Shown here in pieces: positions 56,927 to 61,513 of a stretch of 61,513 nucleotides of DNA. The DNA lies in assembly GCA_965651715.1 (NCBI GenBank), contig CBFGTB010000002.1, positions 1 to 61,513 of the forward strand. Reading direction: 5' to 3'. This stretch comes from an uncultured Gemmatimonadales bacterium. GTDB taxonomy: Bacteria; Gemmatimonadota; Gemmatimonadetes; Gemmatimonadales; GWC2-71-9. The position numbers were made by a program, and so were the translations under genes. Within the stretch, counting starts at the first letter, position 1, and every line of letters starts with the position of its first letter. The notes below the pieces were generated by a model, which made no database searches, was not told the DNA's origin, and was given only the letters and a program-made list of their open reading frames with translations.

Positions 56927-57013
56927 CGGCGCGGGTGAGATTCGAACTCACGAGCCCCGTGAGGGGCCGCCGGTTTTCAAGACCGGTGCATTCAACCGCT
57001 CTGCCACCGCGCC
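56927..57013 (-). tRNA. tRNA-Ser (anticodon UGA)
   Basis: GGCGCGG/CCGCGCC acceptor, anticodon stem-loop CCGGT-CTTGAAA-ACCGG, long variable arm GGCCCC-TCAC-GGGGCT, T arm GTGAG-TTCGAAT-CTCAC. Confidence 0.9.
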
Positions 57014-57133
57014 CGGGGCCCCAGCCTGGGGACGCCCGACAAGGAATCTCGCCCGATCGGCGCCGCATGCCAACCGGGGGCCGCGCGGCCCGACCCGGGT
57101 ATCTTTCGGGCTGACCCGTTTCCGGAGCCGACC

Positions 57134-57985
57134 ATGTTTCTTCGCCCGACTCTGTTGACAGTTCTCGCCGGCCTGCTGACGATCGCCCCGACCGGGGTGG
57201 CACAGGAGAGCCGTTCCGACAGCCTCCGCAGCGCCCAGCGCCTCGATGCCGCCGGCGATCACGAGGCCGCCCGCGCCATTTTCACCCAGTTGATCGCAAC
57301 CGCGCCCGACCCGGCGGCCCGGGCTGCGGCTCAGCGGCGTCTGGCCATGTCGTACGGCTACGATGCCAACTGCGCCAAGGTGATTGAACTCGAGGAACAG
57401 GTGATCGCCTACTGGGCCACCCGGCGCAGTGAGGAGCCGCAGAACGCCCACTATCAGGAAGGGGAAATGGCGAACGAGGCCGCCCGGGTCTGCATCGATC
57501 ACGGGTTCCTCGACGAGGCCGAGATGATGTATCGCCGCGGCAGCGACCTCGGCAATGCCGAACCGGCGCCGAGGACGCATCCGCAGTCGCTCTGGGACTA
57601 CCGTCTGGCTCACGCGCTGGGACGTCTCGCGGCGCGGCGCGGCGATGCGACCGAAGCGGCGCGTCAGGTCGAGCAGGCCCGCCGGATTCTCGACAGCGAC
57701 CCCGAGATGGCCGAGGCCCAGGAGCGTTACTACCCCTATCTGGTGGGATATGTGGCACTCTATACCGGCGATCTCGAAACGGCAGAGCGATCGTTCCGGA
57801 CCACCACCGAGTTGTTGCCCAACGATCCCTTTCAGGTGGTGTTGCTCGGCATGACGCTCGAGAAGAAGGGCGACACCGCCGCCGCGCGGGCCGAGTATCA
57901 GCGGGCCTATGAGATGTCGAGCGGCAGCAACCCGCCGAATGTCTTTGCCCGAACCTTTACCCGCGAGAAGCTCGGCCTCCGCTGA
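57134..57985 (+). CDS. Secreted TPR repeat protein
   Basis: Signal peptide MFLRPTLLTVLAGLLTIAPTGVAQ, plus repeated A..Y.RA-type helical motifs (EAARAIFTQLI, AERSFRTT, AAARAEYQRAYE). Confidence 0.65.
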   Translation: MFLRPTLLTVLAGLLTIAPTGVAQESRSDSLRSAQRLDAAGDHEAARAIFTQLIATAPDPAARAAAQRRLAMSYGYDANCAKVIELEEQVIAYWATRRSEEPQNAHYQEGEMANEAARVCIDHGFLDEAEMMYRRGSDLGNAEPAPRTHPQSLWDYRLAHALGRLAARRGDATEAARQVEQARRILDSDPEMAEAQERYYPYLVGYVALYTGDLETAERSFRTTTELLPNDPFQVVLLGMTLEKKGDTAAARAEYQRAYEMSSGSNPPNVFARTFTREKLGLR

Positions 57986-57992
57986 GTCGGGC

Positions 57993-59030
57993 TCAGAAGT
58001 CGAGCCGGAGGATGCGTCCGTCGCGACCGCGCTGACCCACTGCCCAGGCGGTGCGGCCGGTCGCGGCGACGCTCCAGAACACTCCGGGGTCGACGGTCTG
58101 CCAGGTGGTGCCCGCATCGCGGCTCAGCGCGAGGCCACCGGGGGAGGCGATCAGCGCCGTCCCCGCCAGCTCAGGCACCCAGGCGACGCCGAACGGGGTT
58201 CCGGGTCGCGGCGGTCGCGCGGCGAGGGTCCAGGTCCGGCCACCGTCGCGGGTGAGGGCGACCGCGGCCGACGTGGTATCGGACCGGTAGGAGCCGATGT
58301 CGCCTCCCACGATCATCCCGTGGGCTGAATCGCTGAAACTGGCCGCGGCATTGCCGGCCGAGGCGCCGGCCAGGATGGGTGAACTGCCGACCGCGGTCCA
58401 GGTGGCTCCCGCGTCGTCGGTCCGCCAGACATGGGCGGCGGGGGAGCCCAACGCGATCCAGCCGTGGCGGTCATCGCTGTTGGTGACGCAGCCCCCGCTG
58501 GAGGCGAAGGCACCCTCGCCCTCCGCCGGCGCGGGCACGGCATCGGCCGGCAGCAGCGCCCAGGTGGCTCCGCCATCGGTGGTCCGCAGCACCTGGCTGC
58601 GCCCCCCGACCGCATCGCCGAAGGCGACGCCGATCCGATCGGTGAAGAAGGTGAAGCAGTCGAAGAACGCCGCGCTGTCGCGCGCCATGAACTGCCGGGT
58701 CCAGGTCACTCCCCCGTCGCGGGTATGGTAGATCCGCGAGGCCGCACCGCTGCCGGCGCTCAGCACCCAGGCCTGGTCGCGACTGACGGCGTGAATGTCG
58801 CGAAACTGCAAGGTCGTGTCGGCGCCGGTGACCACGCGGAGCGCGGTCCATGTCGCTCCGCCATCGACGGTGCGCAGTACGCTGGCGCGGTGGCCACTGA
58901 CCCAGACCACCTGCTGATCGACCGGGCTGACGGCCTGCAGCAGGGCCCGCACCGGCGCTGATTGCTCGGTGAGCGTCTGGGCGGCGAGCGGGGTGGCGAG
59001 CAGCAGGGCGGCGAGCAGCAGGCGTGGCAT
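57993..59030 (-). CDS. BNR/Asp-box repeat beta-propeller protein (Ycf48/sialidase-like fold)
   Basis: Signal peptide MPRLLLAALLLATPLAAQ. Six Asp-box-like motifs: TVDGGATW, TRDGGVTW, TTDGGATW, TDDAGATW, TRDGGRTW, SRDAGTTW. Confidence 0.8.
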   Translation of the reverse strand: MPRLLLAALLLATPLAAQTLTEQSAPVRALLQAVSPVDQQVVWVSGHRASVLRTVDGGATWTALRVVTGADTTLQFRDIHAVSRDQAWVLSAGSGAASRIYHTRDGGVTWTRQFMARDSAAFFDCFTFFTDRIGVAFGDAVGGRSQVLRTTDGGATWALLPADAVPAPAEGEGAFASSGGCVTNSDDRHGWIALGSPAAHVWRTDDAGATWTAVGSSPILAGASAGNAAASFSDSAHGMIVGGDIGSYRSDTTSAAVALTRDGGRTWTLAARPPRPGTPFGVAWVPELAGTALIASPGGLALSRDAGTTWQTVDPGVFWSVAATGRTAWAVGQRGRDGRILRLDF

Positions 59031-59151
59031 GACGGCTCCGACGTGGGCGGGGCGATGACTGAGTGACGGCAGGAACAGTAGCACCGCCGTCGCCCCGTCG
59101 CCCGGGGGAGGCGCGGAGGCGCAGTTGTGGAGCTACCTTTGACCGCTTGCC

Positions 59152-60384
59152 ATGCTGCTGATCCTTCTGGTAGTACTCGGGTATCTCGCCGCGAGGTTTG
59201 CGGTCGATTGGCTAGCGCGCCGTGCCCTGGTCGTGTCGGGCGCGGAATATCTTGTGCTCGGTCTATTGCTGGGCCCGCATGGGACCGGCCTGCTGTCGCC
59301 CGATCAACTGCGCGAACTCTCACCCTTCTTCACACTGGCCATCGGCTGGATGGGTGCGGCGCTGGGCTTCAGATTCTGGTTGCCGGTGTTGACCCTGACG
59401 CCGGGACTGCTGTTCCGACTGGCCTTTATCGAGGGCCTGATCACCCTGGCCCTGGTCGGCGGTGCCACCTGGTTGCTGCTGACCGGTATTCCGCTGGGCA
59501 GTGGCGTGCTGACTCCGGTCCGGGCGCTGCTGCCGGCGACGGTCCTGGGTGCGATTGCGGCCTCGTCGTCATTGCAGGGGGCGCGGATTGCGGCCAAGTC
59601 ATTGGGCCGCCGCAACCTGGCGGTGCGCCAGCTCGAGGTGGCCGGTGCGATCGATGCGCTGGTCGCCGTGATCGCCGTGTCGGTGGCGCTGGCGCTCTAC
59701 CACGTGCCGGTGGTGATGCCGGTGCGCGGGCCGACGCCGACCGAATGGGTGGTGATCGCCATGGCTGTCGGCCTGGTCGGCGGCTGGCTGTTCCATCTCT
59801 TTCTGGGTGACGAACGTTCGCCGGATCGGCTCTTCATCGCGGTGGCCGGCGCGGTGGTGCTCACGACAGGCGCTGCCAACTACATCGGCATGAGCGCCTT
59901 GTTGCCCGGCATGCTGTTGGGATTCATCCTTGTCAACACATCGCGGCAGCGCGATCTGGTGGGCGATCTGCTGGAAAAGGTGGATCGACCGCTGTACTTC
60001 GTCATGCTGGTGTGTGCCGGAGCGCTCTGGTCACCCAGTGCCATCGATGTCTTTGTGCCGCTGCTGGCGTTCCTGATTCTGCGGATGGTGGGCAAGGCGG
60101 GCGGGGCCTGGTTTGCCGCGCGGGCCAACGGGGTTCATGACGTGTTCGGATCGCGTTGGGGATTCGCGCTGATCGGCCAGGGCGGTCTGGCGATCGCCTT
60201 GGCACTCGACTACTCGCTCAGCGCCAGCGCGGTGATGCCCAACCTGGTGTTCACTGCGGCGTTGGCGTCGGTGCTGATCACCGATGTGTTCTCGGCGCGG
60301 CTGGCGCGGGACGTCGTCGCTCGTCTCCCCGAAGACGTGGTGCTGCCCGAACGCTCGGTCGCCGCATCGACAGGAGGCCACTGA
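59152..60384 (+). CDS. Cation:proton antiporter family membrane protein
   Basis: About 12 predicted TM helices. N-terminal SGAEYLVLGLLLGPHGTGLL is typical of the Na+/H+ exchanger (CPA) fold. Confidence 0.7.
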   Translation: MLLILLVVLGYLAARFAVDWLARRALVVSGAEYLVLGLLLGPHGTGLLSPDQLRELSPFFTLAIGWMGAALGFRFWLPVLTLTPGLLFRLAFIEGLITLALVGGATWLLLTGIPLGSGVLTPVRALLPATVLGAIAASSSLQGARIAAKSLGRRNLAVRQLEVAGAIDALVAVIAVSVALALYHVPVVMPVRGPTPTEWVVIAMAVGLVGGWLFHLFLGDERSPDRLFIAVAGAVVLTTGAANYIGMSALLPGMLLGFILVNTSRQRDLVGDLLEKVDRPLYFVMLVCAGALWSPSAIDVFVPLLAFLILRMVGKAGGAWFAARANGVHDVFGSRWGFALIGQGGLAIALALDYSLSASAVMPNLVFTAALASVLITDVFSARLARDVVARLPEDVVLPERSVAASTGGH

Positions 60385-60385
60385 C

Positions 60386-61513
60386 ATGCGCCGACTGGTT
60401 GTCCTGGCGCTGCTGTTCGGCGCCATGAAGCTGATCGAGCCACTGGGGCGCGCCGACCAGCCGCCCGACGCGCTGCTGACCTTCGGCTTCCTCATCCTGG
60501 CGGCCTATGCCACCGGCGAGCTGGCTGCCGGCTTCCGCCTGCCGAAGATCGTTGGGTACCTGCTGGGCGGGGTGATCGCCGGCCCGGGAGTGCTCGGCAC
60601 TGTGTCGAAGCTGGCCGCCGATGAACTGGCGCCGGTGAGCACCTTGGCGATCGCGATGATCGCCTTCCTGGCCGGCGCCGAGCTGCGCTGGGATGAGTTG
60701 CGTCGGCGGGGCGTTGCCTTGCTCCAGATCACGGTCAGCGAAGTCGCTGTGACCTTCGTCTGTCTCTTCGCCGCCATGCTGATCGGTCGCGACTGGGTTC
60801 CGTTCCTTGCCGATGTCCCGCTGGCGTCGGCCGCGGTATTTGCCGGGCTGTTTGCCTCGATCGCCGTGATTCATTCACCGGCTGTCACCATGGCGCTGTT
60901 GACTGAAACCCGCGCCAACGGACCGCTGGCCCGGACCACGCTGGGCATCGTGCTGCTGTCGGATGTGGTAGTGGTGCTGTTCTTCTCCGGGATGCTGGCG
61001 CTGGCGCAGCGGTTGGTGCCGGTGGTGGGGACTCCGGCGGGCGGCATCGGGGCTCTGGTCTGGGAAATTCTCGGTGCGCTGCCGATCGGTGCCATTCTGG
61101 GCTTCGCCATCGCCCAGGCGCTGCGGGTGATTCGCAGCGAGCTGCTGCTGTTTGCGCTGCTGGCGGCGATCTTCGGGCAGCAGGTGGCCGGCCTGCTGCA
61201 CGTCGAAGTGCTGCTGACTCTCCTGGTGGCCGGGTTCGTGACCATCAACACGGCCGAAGAGGAGCAGGCCGCAGCGATTCTGGGCGCCATGGAACGCGCG
61301 GCGGCACCGATCTTCGTGGTCTTCTTCGCCTTGGCCGGGGCCAAACTTGACGTGGTGGAGACCGCGATTCTGGCGCCGCTGGTGTTGCCGATCGCCCTGG
61401 TGCGGGTCGGCGGAATCCGGATCGGCCTCCGGGCCGGTGCCGGGTGGGCCAAGCTGCCGCCGGCGGAAGTCGCTCCGGTGTGGCAGGGCCTGGTCTCGCA
61501 GGCCGGGGTGGCC
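60386..61513 (+). CDS. Cation:proton antiporter family membrane protein, second copy (3' end outside the window)
   Basis: Not in the ORF track because no stop is reached. I read the frame as open from ATG 60386 to the window end. LPKIVGYLLGGVIAGPGVLG and polytopic. It starts 1 nt after the previous stop. Confidence 0.7.
   Translation, partial: MRRLVVLALLFGAMKLIEPLGRADQPPDALLTFGFLILAAYATGELAAGFRLPKIVGYLLGGVIAGPGVLGTVSKLAADELAPVSTLAIAMIAFLAGAELRWDELRRRGVALLQITVSEVAVTFVCLFAAMLIGRDWVPFLADVPLASAAVFAGLFASIAVIHSPAVTMALLTETRANGPLARTTLGIVLLSDVVVVLFFSGMLALAQRLVPVVGTPAGGIGALVWEILGALPIGAILGFAIAQALRVIRSELLLFALLAAIFGQQVAGLLHVEVLLTLLVAGFVTINTAEEEQAAAILGAMERAAAPIFVVFFALAGAKLDVVETAILAPLVLPIALVRVGGIRIGLRAGAGWAKLPPAEVAPVWQGLVSQAGVA

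Noticed and set aside
54330-57013. A 2.7-kb segment bracketed by two same-strand tRNA-Ser genes might be an integrated island. It holds an orphan substrate-binding protein gene and two DUF4412-like genes, one of them frameshifted.
   Set aside because: I found no integrase, excisionase or transposase, and no direct repeat of a tRNA 3' end. Base composition looks the same as the flanks. The two tRNAs have different anticodons (GCU and UGA), so this is not a duplicated att site.
56927-57013. A tRNA with a long variable arm and 'TGA' in the anticodon loop could be read as a selenocysteine or suppressor tRNA.
   Set aside because: The anticodon is UGA (reading UCN Ser codons), not UCA. The acceptor and T arms have standard 7/5 geometry for tRNA-Ser. 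No selA, selB or selD genes are nearby.

Overview
This is a very GC-rich window (third codon positions are almost always G/C). It is densely packed, with about 60 genes. I see no rRNA, CRISPR array, transposase, integrase or prophage signature. Most of it is core housekeeping:
- Translation: rpmE-prfA-prmC, rpsF-rpsR-rplI, rsfS, rplY-pth-ychF, gltX and three tRNAs.
- Chromosome and envelope: smc, lolA, an S41 protease and SpoIID.
- Biosynthesis: aroF-type DAHP synthase, prs, ispE, pdxJ, tmk and an aminotransferase.

The gene content suggests a diderm of the FCB/Gemmatimonadota type: LolA, an Omp85-type barrel, PD40 propellers, and families I recall as DUF4159, DUF4412 and 6-bladed beta-propeller lipoproteins. 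That placement is inference only.

Genes sit in long co-directional arrays. I verified 18 junctions where a stop and the next start overlap as ATGA or GTGA, which implies widespread translational coupling. The supplied ORF track treats ATG, GTG and TTG as starts. Because of the GC content it also holds many long antisense or out-of-frame ORFs, which I regard as artefacts.

The parts worth a second look are:
1. A four-gene, translationally coupled envelope cluster of unknown function (40520-47422): a DUF4159-like protein, a 1072-aa membrane-anchored coiled-coil protein, a TPR protein and a Tat-exported GATase-like protein.
2. A 1058-aa fusion of an HExxH domain, a PD40 propeller and an Omp85-like barrel, coupled by ATGA to a SPOR-domain propeller lipoprotein (19712-24321).
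3. A 609-aa protein with a histidine-less Hpt-like N-terminus and a 51-bp in-frame tandem repeat, wedged between pdxJ and ispE (35765-37594).
4. A RadC-type JAB domain fused to a DinG/XPD Fe-S helicase, with no canonical start codon for the JAB part (47419-49935).
5. A frameshifted DUF4412-like gene (56213-56883).

All DUF and family names come from memory of sequence motifs. They need confirmation by HMM search.
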